From Alphaproteobacteria bacterium (GTDB lineage: Bacteria; Pseudomonadota; Alphaproteobacteria; Puniceispirillales; Puniceispirillaceae): a DNA stretch of 64,000 nucleotides. Shown here piece by piece: positions 1 to 10,094 of this stretch. A program made the translations under genes and the position numbers. Numbering within the stretch: the first letter of the stretch is position 1; each line of letters opens with the position of its first letter. The stretch lies in the NCBI GenBank assembly GCA_038147755.1, contig JAYQTS010000010.1, forward strand, positions 6,848 through 70,847, in the 5' to 3' direction. The notes beneath the pieces are model-generated. The model made no database searches and was not told the DNA's origin. It was given only the letters and a program-made list of their open reading frames with translations.

Positions 1-121
1 TTTCGCTAATTGATTGGTTATCACGGAACATGCCAGATTGTTTCATAATTGAATCAATTAAGGTTGTTTTGCCATGATCAACATGGGCAATAATTGCAAT
101 ATTGCGTAATTCTTGAGTCAT
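1..121 (-). CDS. typA: Translational GTPase TypA/BipA, first 40 codons (partial, runs off window)
   Basis: Reverse translation from ATG at 119-121 gives [40 protein letters not shown]. The G1 loop AHVDHGKTT plus QSG.F..NQ is the TypA N-terminal pattern. Confidence 0.7.
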   Translation of the reverse strand, partial: MTQELRNIAIIAHVDHGKTTLIDSIMKQSGMFRDNQSISE

Positions 122-200
122 TTCATTAAGACCTTATTATGGGCACTTGAAGGAGGTGTCCTACATCTTTCTTTGCATAAAAGAAATCAAAATGTGTGAA

Positions 201-839
201 TTAGGTTAATTTTTCTACCAGAATTATGCCTGCATTTTTCATTTTTGCTAATTGACGAGCCAGTGAACCATCCAAGTCAATAGCTCTGCAGGCAGAGAGG
301 ATAACAGTTACGTTAAAGCCCAGGCGTGCTGCATCAAGTGCCGAATAAGCAACACAATAATCAGTTGCAAGACCAGCCAGATAAATGTTTTTAATTTGCT
401 TAGTGGCTAACCACCCTTCTAGGCCAGTTGCAGTGTTGCCGTCATTTTCAAAGAAAGCTGAATAACTATCTATTTCATGGCGATACCCTTTACGTATTAT
501 TGTTTGTGCAGGAGCTGTATTCAATTCTGGGTGAAATTCTGCTCCGAGACTGTTTTGTATACAGTGGTCAGGCCACAAAGTTTGGTCACCGTAGGGCATT
601 TTTATAGAAGAAAAAGGTTGTCTGCCTTGATACGAGCTTGCAAAACTGGAATGTGATGCTGGATGCCAATCTTGGGTGAAGACCACATTACTAAATGATC
701 CGATTAATTTGTTTATCGGTTGTACAACCTGGTCTCCATGCAGTACTGCTAAAGCCCCACCTGGACAGAAATCAATCTGAACATCAATCACCAGTAAGCA
801 GCTATTGCTTTCATTTGAACTAATATCTTTCAACTTCAT
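201..839 (-). CDS. pncA: Nicotinamidase/pyrazinamidase (isochorismatase fold)
   Basis: 212 aa. [36 protein letters not shown] and GLATDYCV align along the length of E. coli PncA. Overlaps tdk by 4 nt. Confidence 0.85.
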   Translation of the reverse strand: MKLKDISSNESNSCLLVIDVQIDFCPGGALAVLHGDQVVQPINKLIGSFSNVVFTQDWHPASHSSFASSYQGRQPFSSIKMPYGDQTLWPDHCIQNSLGAEFHPELNTAPAQTIIRKGYRHEIDSYSAFFENDGNTATGLEGWLATKQIKNIYLAGLATDYCVAYSALDAARLGFNVTVILSACRAIDLDGSLARQLAKMKNAGIILVEKLT

Positions 840-1426
840 ATTTTAATTTCCTCACCCATTGCTTCAGACCAATGACGTCTGCATAATGAAATATATTTAT
901 CGTTACCACCTATTTCAATTTGCGCGCCGTCCTTCACAACTTTTCCATCTGCTGATTGTCTTACAACCATAGTGGCCTTTCTTCCACAATGACAAATCGT
1001 TCTGATTTCTCTGATATCATCAGCTATCGCAAGAAGTTCACCAGAGCCCTGAAATAACTTTCCCTGAAAATCAGTTCGTAGACCATAACACATAACAGGA
1101 AGGTCTAGCTGGTCCGCAACTCTAGCCAATTGCCAAACTTGCTTTTTTGACAGGAACTGAGCTTCATCAACCAAAACACATGAACGCTTTTTGTCAAAAT
1201 CAGACTTTTTAATTAAAGAAAAAAGGTCTGTATCCTCGCGAAATGTAAGAGCATCTGCACTAAGCCCGATTCTAGATGCAATCACACCAGGGCCTGCTCT
1301 TGTATCTAATTTTGCTGTTAGAAGGAGTGTTTGCATACCTCTTTCCTGGTAGTTATGAGAAGCCTGCAACAATATCGTTGATTTTCCCGCATTCATCGCG
1401 GAATATGAAAAATACAATTTAGCCAA
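836..1426 (-). CDS. tdk: Thymidine kinase
   Basis: 196 aa. P-loop MNAGKST, VDEAQF, and a C-terminal Cys/His zinc motif CHCG...CRRH. Confidence 0.9.
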   Translation of the reverse strand: MAKLYFSYSAMNAGKSTILLQASHNYQERGMQTLLLTAKLDTRAGPGVIASRIGLSADALTFREDTDLFSLIKKSDFDKKRSCVLVDEAQFLSKKQVWQLARVADQLDLPVMCYGLRTDFQGKLFQGSGELLAIADDIREIRTICHCGRKATMVVRQSADGKVVKDGAQIEIGGNDKYISLCRRHWSEAMGEEIKI

Positions 1427-1599
1427 GATTGCTCTCTATTCACAAAATGAATTTGAATATAACAGATGTTAAATTGTCAAAATATGAAGATATAATCAAC
1501 AACTGCTTTCGCTCGTCGTTTAAATTTTTCTAAAATAAAACATACGATAGGATAGTTTCACCTTGAAAATACCTCCAAAAAAATAGATAACATTTAGTT

Positions 1600-2229
1600 A
1601 TGGATTCTTTAACTGTTCTTGACCACCCCGTTTTGAGTCATAAACTTGCAATTTTGCGAGATGAAAATACACGTTCACCAGAATTTCGAAAAACATTGCT
1701 AGAAATCGGGCATATTATGAGTTGGCCTGTGTTTTCACACTTCTCAGTAGCAAAAACAGAAATAACGACACCTATGGAGAAGACAACTCAAAATGTTCTT
1801 ACTTCTCCATATCCATGCATTGTATCTATCCTTCGCGCTGGAAATGGTATGGCAGATGCGCTATCGGCAACTCTCCCGGAGGCACCAATTGGTTATATTG
1901 GAATGCAACGAAACGCAAATACTCATTTGGCAGAACCGTATTTTAAAAAACTACCTGACCAAATTCAGAATAGACAAATTATACTTGTTGACCCCATGCT
2001 CGCCTCAGGCAGCTCAGCAGAACAGGCCGCTGATTTTCTAAAAAGAGATGGAGCAAAAAATATTTTGTTTGTCTGCTTAGTAGCTGCACCAGAAGGAATT
2101 GAGTACTTTCACAAAAATCATCCTGATATTCCTATTATTACAGCAGCACTTGACCGTGAACTTGATGAAAACGCATATATTCTTCCTGGTTTAGGAGATG
2201 CTGGTGATAGAATTTACGGTACTGAATAA
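1600..2229 (+). CDS. upp: Uracil phosphoribosyltransferase
   Basis: 209 aa. PRPP loop ILVDPMLASGSS and C-terminal YILPGLGDAGDRIYGT. Confidence 0.9.
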   Translation: MDSLTVLDHPVLSHKLAILRDENTRSPEFRKTLLEIGHIMSWPVFSHFSVAKTEITTPMEKTTQNVLTSPYPCIVSILRAGNGMADALSATLPEAPIGYIGMQRNANTHLAEPYFKKLPDQIQNRQIILVDPMLASGSSAEQAADFLKRDGAKNILFVCLVAAPEGIEYFHKNHPDIPIITAALDRELDENAYILPGLGDAGDRIYGTE

Positions 2230-2232
2230 TAT

Positions 2233-2637
2233 TCAGAATAAATTATCTGGACCGAAAGAAGCTGGCAGAAGTGCTTCCAAAATGAATCGCTTTTGAAACA
2301 TTTCTTCATCGCAAATTAAAACTGGTGTTTTCAGAGCTGCAAATTCACGTATTTTTTGTCTACATCCCCCACAGGGAGTGCATAATTCTGATCCACCACC
2401 GCTAACTGCTATCAATTTAATTTTTTTGCCCCCCGAAGCAATCATAGAGGATATAGCACCTGCTTCTGCACAAGTTCCTTGTGGATAAGCAGCATTTTCT
2501 ACGTTTACGCCTAAATGAATATTTTTCAATTCATCTAATATTGCCACACCAACTTTAAATTTTGAATAAGGTGCATATGCATTTTTTCTAACTGTAATAG
2601 CAGATTCACATAATTGCTTTTCTATATGTGTTAGCAA
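2233..2637 (-). CDS. cdd: Cytidine deaminase (small tetrameric type)
   Basis: 134 aa. Zinc motifs CAE...PCGGCRQ. Lies 6 nt downstream of the ABC permease on the same strand. Confidence 0.9.
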   Translation of the reverse strand: MLTHIEKQLCESAITVRKNAYAPYSKFKVGVAILDELKNIHLGVNVENAAYPQGTCAEAGAISSMIASGGKKIKLIAVSGGGSELCTPCGGCRQKIREFAALKTPVLICDEEMFQKRFILEALLPASFGPDNLF

Positions 2638-2643
2638 ACAAGT

Positions 2644-3621
2644 CTACCTCTCTTTTATATATGGTTGCCCTATAGCACGTGGAGGTGTAACCCCACCAAT
2701 AAATCCAGCTAACAATATTACTGTAAGCAGATAAGGAAGAGCAATAAGTAAGTCTGATGATATCTCACCAATTAGCATTATCTCGACTCCCTGAACACGC
2801 GCAGCAATAGCCTCCAAAAATCCAAAAAGTAAGCAGGCAAACAACGCAGGTACTGGTCTCCATTTGCCAAAAATCATTGCTGCTAATGCGATATAACCTT
2901 TACCAGCTGTCATTTCTTTTACAAAACCAGCTCCTGTAGCGGTGGACAGATATACACCGGCTAAACCACATAAAATCCCTGCAATTATAATGGCCTGAAA
3001 GCGCATCCTTGTTACGGATATTCCAGCAGAGTCTATTGCCTCTGGTTTCTCACCTACCGCCCTGAGTCTAAGGCCAAAAGTTGTCTTAAATAATATATAA
3101 AAAGTTATACCCACGCTTACTAATGCAGCCCATACCAATATGTTATGACCAGATAAGAGCTCTTTATAAATAATGCCAAGAATTGGAACATTTTGTTCCA
3201 AAAAATCCACAAATGGTAATTCTATGGAATTAAACCTTGAGGTCCTTGGTAGTGTTGGAGTTTGTCCACCCTGCCTGAATAAGGCAATACCAATAATAAC
3301 AGTAAGCCCTGAAGCCAAAATGTTTATTGCAAGTCCAGATATTACTTGGTTTCCTCTGTGGACTATACATGCAAAACCATGGATGAGGCTCGCTAAAATA
3401 GAAACGATAATAGCCGCTATTGCACCAATCCAGGGCGAGCCTGTTGCATAAGCTGTTGCTGCAGCAACAAATGCGGCCATTAACATCTTTCCTTCAAGAG
3501 ATATGTCAATTATTCCTGATCTCTCTGAAAAAATTCCTGCCATTGCACAAAAAATTAAAGGGGTAGCCACACGTAAAGTTGAGTCTAAAGCGAGCAAGAA
3601 CTGAAACCAAAAATCAGTCAT
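2644..3621 (-). CDS. Nucleoside (BMP-type) ABC transporter permease, NupQ/YufQ-like
   Basis: 325 aa polytopic membrane protein. Overlaps the upstream permease by 8 nt within the transporter operon. Confidence 0.8.
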   Translation of the reverse strand: MTDFWFQFLLALDSTLRVATPLIFCAMAGIFSERSGIIDISLEGKMLMAAFVAAATAYATGSPWIGAIAAIIVSILASLIHGFACIVHRGNQVISGLAINILASGLTVIIGIALFRQGGQTPTLPRTSRFNSIELPFVDFLEQNVPILGIIYKELLSGHNILVWAALVSVGITFYILFKTTFGLRLRAVGEKPEAIDSAGISVTRMRFQAIIIAGILCGLAGVYLSTATGAGFVKEMTAGKGYIALAAMIFGKWRPVPALFACLLFGFLEAIAARVQGVEIMLIGEISSDLLIALPYLLTVILLAGFIGGVTPPRAIGQPYIKER

Positions 3622-4729
3622 TATTTGGCTCCTTTAAACGCCCCTCATTAAGAAATAATTTTTCCAATATTGGATTAAACATATATGCTAATGCACCAGA
3701 AAATAAAATAATAAGACCTTGTATCATTACCACCATATCTCTAGTAATCGTCTGAAATTCAAAATCAAGTTCAGCTCCACCTTGAAAGAGAGCACCAAAT
3801 AATAAACTTGCAAATATTATCCCAAGTGGATGATTACGACCCATAAGTGCAACTGCAATACCCGTGAAGCCATATCCAGATGTAAAATTTAAAATAACCC
3901 TATGTTGCACACCAAGAATTTCATTAACTGCCATCATGCCTGCTAGCGCACCTGAAATAGCCATAGTTATGATGATAATGGTTTCTGGTTGATACCCTGC
4001 ATATGTTGAGGCCTTAGGACTGAAGCCAGTGGCTCTAATTCGATACCCCAAATGAGTTCGCCATATTAAGAGCCATACTAAAAAACAACATATTAAAGCC
4101 AAAACAAAAGATAAATTTAAAGGCGATCTGCCTATATCAAATCCTAATCTGTTAAAAATATCGTGGAATTGCCATAGCATTACACCATTCTGAAAAGAAA
4201 CGGTTTCTGGTGACATTTGATTAGGAGCCATGAGCATGCCGGCGAGCAACCACACCATTATTGCAGACGCAATAAAATTAAACATAATCGTCGTAATGAC
4301 AATATGGCTCCCTCGCTTAGCTTGCAAATATCCTGGTATAAAACCCCAAATAGCACCAAATAAAGCAGACCCTAAGATAGCTAGAGCAATCACAACTGCA
4401 ACTGGAAGAATTCCTCCAAGGCTAAGCGCAACCAATCCAATGCCTAGTCCACCCATTGCAGCCTGACCCTCTCCACCTATGTTGAACAACATTGCATGAA
4501 AAGCAACAGCAACCGCTAAACCAGTAAAAATAAAATTAGTCGTATAGAATAACGTATACCCAAGTCCACCCTTATATACAAAAGCCCCCTTTAACATAAC
4601 AGATAATGCTGTAAATGGGTTTTCACCAATTATTGCTATGATAATTCCTGCGACAAATAACGCAGTTAAAAGATTCAAAATTGGTATAACACAAATATCG
4701 ACATATCTCGGCAATCTTGACGCTTGCAT
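3614..4729 (-). CDS. Nucleoside (BMP-type) ABC transporter permease, NupP/YufP-like
   Basis: 371 aa polytopic membrane protein. Its start overlaps the ATPase stop by 1 nt. Confidence 0.8.
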   Translation of the reverse strand: MQASRLPRYVDICVIPILNLLTALFVAGIIIAIIGENPFTALSVMLKGAFVYKGGLGYTLFYTTNFIFTGLAVAVAFHAMLFNIGGEGQAAMGGLGIGLVALSLGGILPVAVVIALAILGSALFGAIWGFIPGYLQAKRGSHIVITTIMFNFIASAIMVWLLAGMLMAPNQMSPETVSFQNGVMLWQFHDIFNRLGFDIGRSPLNLSFVLALICCFLVWLLIWRTHLGYRIRATGFSPKASTYAGYQPETIIIITMAISGALAGMMAVNEILGVQHRVILNFTSGYGFTGIAVALMGRNHPLGIIFASLLFGALFQGGAELDFEFQTITRDMVVMIQGLIILFSGALAYMFNPILEKLFLNEGRLKEPNND

Positions 4730-5415
4730 TAAATTTTTTCCTCTATAGCCTTTTCTAACGGAATACCAGCCATCATTTTTCCTAGCATTGCTTTTGTAGT
4801 ATTTGCCTTAGATACAATCCCCATTATTTCACCAGAATTCATAACTAAAATCCTGTCTGATAAACTCAAAATTTCCTCTAATTCAACTGAAACCAAAAGA
4901 ATTGCACATCCACTATCGCGCATTTGTATAAGAGTTTTATGGATGAATTCTATGGCCCCAATATCAACTCCACGTGTAGGCTGTCCAACTAAAAGAATTT
5001 TTGGGGCGGATGAAATTTCTCGTGAAAGCACTAGTTTTTGCTGATTTCCCCCGGAAAACTGACTACTTATTAATGTTGGATTTTGTGGTCGAACATCAAA
5101 GGAACCCTGCAACTGAGCGCAATGCGCTTGAATTTGTTCTGGTTTAGTAAAAAAACCAGTTCCAAAACTCGGATTTTTCTCATACCCAAGGATAACTGAT
5201 TCAAAAGCCTGAAATTGCAAAACTAAACCCTCCGCATGCCTATCCTCAGGAACATGCGATAGCCCTAATTCCCTCATTAAACCAGGACTGCAATGATTTT
5301 TACTATCAAAGGTTTTATCTTTGATTCTAAAACTTCCCCTACTTGGAGGAATTATTCCAGAAAGAACAGATAATAACTCAGACTGCCCATTACCCGCTAT
5401 TCCAGCAATACCCAA
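4729..5415 (-). CDS. Nucleoside ABC transporter ATP-binding protein, second ATPase domain (gene split by a frameshift; N-terminal half is 5514..6329)
   Basis: GIAGIAGNGQSELL, FSGGNQQK and LLVGQPTRGVDIGA. The frame stays open upstream of 5415 (VRGKVGSVALSVDGIGVTDKRGFDSLKNATFDLRSGEILG) with no start codon. Confidence 0.85.
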   Translation of the reverse strand: MGIAGIAGNGQSELLSVLSGIIPPSRGSFRIKDKTFDSKNHCSPGLMRELGLSHVPEDRHAEGLVLQFQAFESVILGYEKNPSFGTGFFTKPEQIQAHCAQLQGSFDVRPQNPTLISSQFSGGNQQKLVLSREISSAPKILLVGQPTRGVDIGAIEFIHKTLIQMRDSGCAILLVSVELEEILSLSDRILVMNSGEIMGIVSKANTTKAMLGKMMAGIPLEKAIEEKI

Positions 5416-5513
5416 AATTTCTCCAGAACGAAGGTCAAAAGTCGCATTCTTGAGACTATCAAACCCTCTTTTATCAGTAACTCCTATCCCATCTACTGAT
5501 AGTGCTACGCTAC

Positions 5514-6329
5514 CTACTTTACCTCGTACTTGGTGTTTACAAGTACAGACCTTCCTACCATTTGCTCAGCTAGCCATTCAGGAGAGGTTTTTTTGGTGAG
5601 TGTGTTTGCGACCATCTTACCCTGCCGCATTACAGAAACTTCATCTGTGATTGCCATTATCTCATGTAGTTTATGTGTAATTAGCAATATTGTAACGCCC
5701 TCTGACTTCAAAGCTAACAATATTTCAAAAAGTTGGTCCGTTTCCTGAGGTGTGAGTACGCCTGTGGGTTCATCAAGTATTAATACTTGTGCGCCCCTGT
5801 AAAGTGCTTTTAAAATTTCTATCCTTTGCTGAATTCCTACAGGCAAATCTTCAGTGACGTTGTCCAGTTCCACCTCTAGCCCATAAGTCGATTTCAATTC
5901 TTCAAGCTTTACCTTAGCATTTTGGAGGCCATTTTTAAGGCCCATTTTGCCCTCTGAACCAAGTATGATATTTTCCAATGCTGTAAAATTAGGGACCAAC
6001 ATAAAATGCTGATGAACCATCCCAATCCCAAGCCTTATTGCATCTGATGGTTGTTTGAAAATAGCGGGCTTACCATCAACGTGAATGTCACCACTATCAG
6101 GCTGATAAAATCCGTATAGAATTGACATTAATGTAGATTTTCCGGCCCCGTTTTCACCTATGATTCCGTGAATAGTTCCGGATGAAACATTTAGGCATAT
6201 TTCATCGTTAGCCCTTACTGGGCCGAATGACTTGCAAATATTTTTTAATGAAACAGCAAACGGCGACTTTTGGCCGCCGTTTTTCTGTTCTAAAGTTTTT
6301 TTCTTCAAAGTAATAAACTCAGCTGACAA
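5514..6329 (-). CDS. Nucleoside ABC transporter ATP-binding protein, first ATPase domain (frameshifted gene, continues in 4729..5415)
   Basis: Walker A GENGAGKST and Walker B VLILDEPTGVLTP. Ends ...MVGRSVLVNTKYEVK*, where full-length double-domain ATPases continue. Confidence 0.85.
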   Translation of the reverse strand: MSAEFITLKKKTLEQKNGGQKSPFAVSLKNICKSFGPVRANDEICLNVSSGTIHGIIGENGAGKSTLMSILYGFYQPDSGDIHVDGKPAIFKQPSDAIRLGIGMVHQHFMLVPNFTALENIILGSEGKMGLKNGLQNAKVKLEELKSTYGLEVELDNVTEDLPVGIQQRIEILKALYRGAQVLILDEPTGVLTPQETDQLFEILLALKSEGVTILLITHKLHEIMAITDEVSVMRQGKMVANTLTKKTSPEWLAEQMVGRSVLVNTKYEVK

Positions 6330-6336
6330 ATGATCT

Positions 6337-7386
6337 TTAGTAAGGACAGTTATTATCCGCTAAATAATCATGTACAGCTACATCACCGGCTAGTATAGCC
6401 TCTCTTGCTGAGGCAACCGCCTTTTTAATATCATCTGTGATTAAGTTTTCGTTATTTTCATCTAAAGCCCAATCTACGCCACCTTCAGCCAAACCCAGCA
6501 CTTGGACTCCGGAAGTGAATTGCCCTTTGCTAGCATCCATGAAGGTATTATACGCAGCCACATCAACTCTTTTTAACATTGATGTTAATACTGACCCAGG
6601 GGCAAGACCATTTTGATTTGAATCCACACCTATTGCTAATTTTCCAGCATCAGCTGCAGCTTGAATAACACCAACACCGGTTCCGCCGGCCGCATGGTAT
6701 ACAACATCGGCACCACGATCGATTTGGCTTCTTGTCAATTCAGCGCCTTTAGCTGGATCATTCCAAGCTGATGGTGTTGAACCTGTCATGTTTTGGTAGA
6801 TCTCTGCATTTGCTGAAACTGATTTAACACCACCTACATATCCACACGCAAATCTGCTAATTAATGGAATGTCCATTCCACCAACAAATCCCACTTTGTT
6901 TGTTTGTGACGCTTTAGCAGCGGCTACACCAACAAGATAAGAACCCTCATGTTCCTTAAATGCATATTGACGAAGGTTAGGTGAATCTAACCAACTCACA
7001 TCAATGATTGAAAATTGTACATCTGGGTTGTCAGCTGCAACTGCAGCTATGGCATCAGCCTGTGCAAATCCAACACCAAGAACTATTGTTGCACCTCGCT
7101 CAACCATTCGTCGCATTGCCTGTTCACGCTGGGTTTCATTGGTAACCTCAAACTCCATTACTTCAACACCAGTCTCTTCTGTAAATTTTTGGACTCCGTT
7201 CCAGACCCCTTCATTAAACGATTTATCAAATTTACCACCCATATCGTAAATTACTGCTGGCTTAATATCAGCAACTACCTCAGGTTTCTTTAGATCTAAG
7301 TCTGAGTTCATAAGAACAACAGCACCAACTAAAATCACACCCAAAATTAAAAAAAGAATATTTCGGTTCATAATTTCTCCCTTCAC
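6337..7386 (-). CDS. BMP-family (basic membrane protein) nucleoside-binding ABC substrate-binding protein
   Basis: 349 aa with an N-terminal hydrophobic signal/anchor (start more likely MNRNILFL at 7371). BMP-like GFVGG...D and DSNQN motifs. Abuts the oxygenase stop. Confidence 0.8.
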   Translation of the reverse strand: MKGEIMNRNILFLILGVILVGAVVLMNSDLDLKKPEVVADIKPAVIYDMGGKFDKSFNEGVWNGVQKFTEETGVEVMEFEVTNETQREQAMRRMVERGATIVLGVGFAQADAIAAVAADNPDVQFSIIDVSWLDSPNLRQYAFKEHEGSYLVGVAAAKASQTNKVGFVGGMDIPLISRFACGYVGGVKSVSANAEIYQNMTGSTPSAWNDPAKGAELTRSQIDRGADVVYHAAGGTGVGVIQAAADAGKLAIGVDSNQNGLAPGSVLTSMLKRVDVAAYNTFMDASKGQFTSGVQVLGLAEGGVDWALDENNENLITDDIKKAVASAREAILAGDVAVHDYLADNNCPY

Positions 7387-8220
7387 CTATTTTAATCCAA
7401 TTTCCTTAAGTCTGTTTTGCAGATAACTCTCTGCTGAAAGCACGTTACTCAACATAACTTCTGGTCTTGGATGAAGAAACATTGGAATAGAATAACGTGA
7501 ATTATTTTTTTTCCCTTCAGGGTTTATTACACGATGCGGTGTGGATGGAAAGTAATTTTCACTAGCCATCGCAAGCATGTCGCCATTATTAATGGTAATC
7601 ATTCCAGGATCGCTAGAAACATCGTGCCATTTCCCAGTTTTATCTTGTGCTTGCAAACCAGGCTCTGATCCTGCAACAAGCAAAGTTATTAAATTAATGT
7701 CCTCATGAGCCGCAGCTCTAATAGCACCTGGCTCAATATCTTCTTGTATTGGTGGATAATGCAAAATTCGAAGTAAACTTTGCTCACTACCTTGCATCAT
7801 TTTCTCAAGTGATTCTGAAAGAGTGTTTTGAACATTGGAAGGCAAACAATTATCAAGCCATTTCAAAAGGGTCAAACCAAGACCAAATAGGTCATTATAT
7901 AATTTTCTGGTTTCTGTCTCTAATTCAGGAGGAACGCGCCCCCAAGGAAATACATGATAGAATTCTTTTAAATCCTTTATCTCAACACCTTTCGCATTCT
8001 CGGACCTAAATGGAAAGTAGCCATCATGCTTTTCCATGTCACGAATAAAGTCATGCTTGGTATCACTTGCAAAAAATTTGCCCCAGTTATCATAGATTGA
8101 TTTTACTTGCTTCTCACTGATTGGGTGGTTTGCCAACACTGCAAATCCGGTTTCATGCAAAGAACGCGTCAATATCTCTGGTGCGTCACTTGCATTATAA
8201 TCTATTGTTTGAACTTGCAT
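7387..8220 (-). CDS. 2-oxoglutarate/Fe(II)-dependent oxygenase (IPNS-like family), substrate unknown
   Basis: 277 aa. H-x-D in AAHEDINLITLL, distal His in STPHRV, and the 2OG-binding RYS in NSRYSIPMF. Confidence 0.8.
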   Translation of the reverse strand: MQVQTIDYNASDAPEILTRSLHETGFAVLANHPISEKQVKSIYDNWGKFFASDTKHDFIRDMEKHDGYFPFRSENAKGVEIKDLKEFYHVFPWGRVPPELETETRKLYNDLFGLGLTLLKWLDNCLPSNVQNTLSESLEKMMQGSEQSLLRILHYPPIQEDIEPGAIRAAAHEDINLITLLVAGSEPGLQAQDKTGKWHDVSSDPGMITINNGDMLAMASENYFPSTPHRVINPEGKKNNSRYSIPMFLHPRPEVMLSNVLSAESYLQNRLKEIGLK

Positions 8221-8232
8221 ATTCTCTATTTC

Positions 8233-9186
8233 CTAGCCGTTGATACGCTTATTGAGGGCTGCGTCGGCTTTTGAAAATATGGATACGAATCGCTTCTGGG
8301 CAGATTCTATATCCACATTTATAGCCACATTTACAGGCCTTCTCTCTGAATTTTTACATACAAAAACATTACCTGCTTTCTCCCCTTCCATTATGACAGA
8401 TAGTGGTACTTTTTGGAAAGTAAAAATATCAGGATCAGTAATTGCCATAATAGCCGCAGGATCATGCATTAAACAGACTGTTTTACCAACAATCCCTTCA
8501 TAAAATTTTATATAAAACTCAGAAATATTTGAGATGAAACCTCCTATTATAGGTGACTTCTCAGCTCCCTCCAAAAATACTTTAGGAGGAAATTGTATAG
8601 TTGATGTAACATCAAGACCTATCAAATCTATTTCCCAATCTGCTGCAAGCACCTTTTCCGCAGCATGCGGGTCATTCCAGAAATTGGCTTCTGCGAAAGA
8701 TGTTACGTTTCCTCGGACATAAACAGCACCCCCCATTATAACCACTTTTTTTAAATGATTAACGATATCAGGATCATATTCAAGTAGGTTCGCAATGTTA
8801 CTCAAAGGGCCAATAGGACATAAAATAATTTCATTGGGATTGGCTCTAATTGTCTCAGATAAAAATACATGTGCTGGTCTTGGGTCTGCTTTTCCAATTG
8901 GATTAATATCGATAAAATTTCCAAAACCTTGCACTCCATGAACATGAAAAGAAGGAGTGTTCATTTTCTGAATAATTGGTTTTGCTGCACCCTCAGAAAC
9001 AGCACATTTATAAGCGCCTTGCTCTACTAACCACAACGCATTGCGCGTTGCTTGGTTCACATACACGTTACCAAAAATTGTAGTTAATCCAATTACTTCT
9101 AATCTAGTGTCTGCAAAGGCTTGATGAATTGCCATTGCATCGTCTATTCCAGGATCTGTATCTATAATAATTTTTTGGGCTACCAT
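8233..9186 (-). CDS. Inosine/uridine-preferring nucleoside hydrolase family protein
   Basis: 317 aa. N-terminal IIIDTDPGIDDAMAI aspartate cluster diagnostic of IUNH hydrolases. Confidence 0.9.
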   Translation of the reverse strand: MVAQKIIIDTDPGIDDAMAIHQAFADTRLEVIGLTTIFGNVYVNQATRNALWLVEQGAYKCAVSEGAAKPIIQKMNTPSFHVHGVQGFGNFIDINPIGKADPRPAHVFLSETIRANPNEIILCPIGPLSNIANLLEYDPDIVNHLKKVVIMGGAVYVRGNVTSFAEANFWNDPHAAEKVLAADWEIDLIGLDVTSTIQFPPKVFLEGAEKSPIIGGFISNISEFYIKFYEGIVGKTVCLMHDPAAIMAITDPDIFTFQKVPLSVIMEGEKAGNVFVCKNSERRPVNVAINVDIESAQKRFVSIFSKADAALNKRING

Positions 9187-9197
9187 GAACGCTTCAC

Positions 9198-10088
9198 CTA
9201 TGAATTTTCTCCGATAAAGGTCTCAACCTCCTGCAATGATGGAATAGCTGCTAACGCGCCTTGTCTTGTGATTTGCAAAGATGCCGCTGCAGAGCCATAG
9301 CTCATAGCCTCCTTCATAGACATTCCCTTGCTCAAAGAGGCAAGTAAATATCCAAGAAAAGTATCTCCTGCCCCCGTTGTATCTACTGGCCTTACCTCAA
9401 ATGGCGCGACAAAAAAGTCCCCCTCTTCACCAATATAACGTGCCCCTTTTGACCCAAGAGTAATTACCAGATGTGGTAGGCCAAGTTCTGATACATCTTT
9501 ATTCAAAAATTTTAATAATGCGTTCGCTTCTCCTTCATTAACTACCAACAAATTAGTAAAAGGTAGTAGAGAGGCCGTTTGTTTAGCAACAAATGGCGCA
9601 GCGCTATAGCATATTTTAAGACCTTTTTCCTTAGCAGAAACCAAAAATTCATGGACTAACGATGTTTCATTTTGCGCCAACGCCCAATCAGTAGTTTTTG
9701 CATTTAAAAGTGCAGACTCTATCTGTTTTTCTGATATCTTATTATTAGCGGAGCCAGAGAGGACAATCTGATTCTCTCCAGTTTCATTATCTACCATAAC
9801 AACAGCATGGCCTGACTCTGACCCCAATAAAGAAACGTTATTGAGATTTACACCAGCTTCTCTCATTTCTTTCAAATAATGCTCGTCTCTTTTCCCAAAT
9901 GCACCAATATGGAAAACATCAGCTCCTGCTTTTGCAAGCGCTACAGACTGATTTGCACCTTTTCCACCAAGGAAAATATCGTACCCTACTGCGGCGAGCG
10001 TCTCACCAGCGGACACAAGATGTGGTAATCTATAAAAATAATCCATATTAATAGAACCAAGATTAAATATAGCCATTACAGTTATCAC
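9198..10088 (-). CDS. rbsK: Ribokinase (PfkB family)
   Basis: 296 aa. GGKGANQSVA and DTTGAGDTFLG motifs. Confidence 0.85.
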   Translation of the reverse strand: MITVMAIFNLGSINMDYFYRLPHLVSAGETLAAVGYDIFLGGKGANQSVALAKAGADVFHIGAFGKRDEHYLKEMREAGVNLNNVSLLGSESGHAVVMVDNETGENQIVLSGSANNKISEKQIESALLNAKTTDWALAQNETSLVHEFLVSAKEKGLKICYSAAPFVAKQTASLLPFTNLLVVNEGEANALLKFLNKDVSELGLPHLVITLGSKGARYIGEEGDFFVAPFEVRPVDTTGAGDTFLGYLLASLSKGMSMKEAMSYGSAAASLQITRQGALAAIPSLQEVETFIGENS

Positions 10089-10094
10089 CTATTT

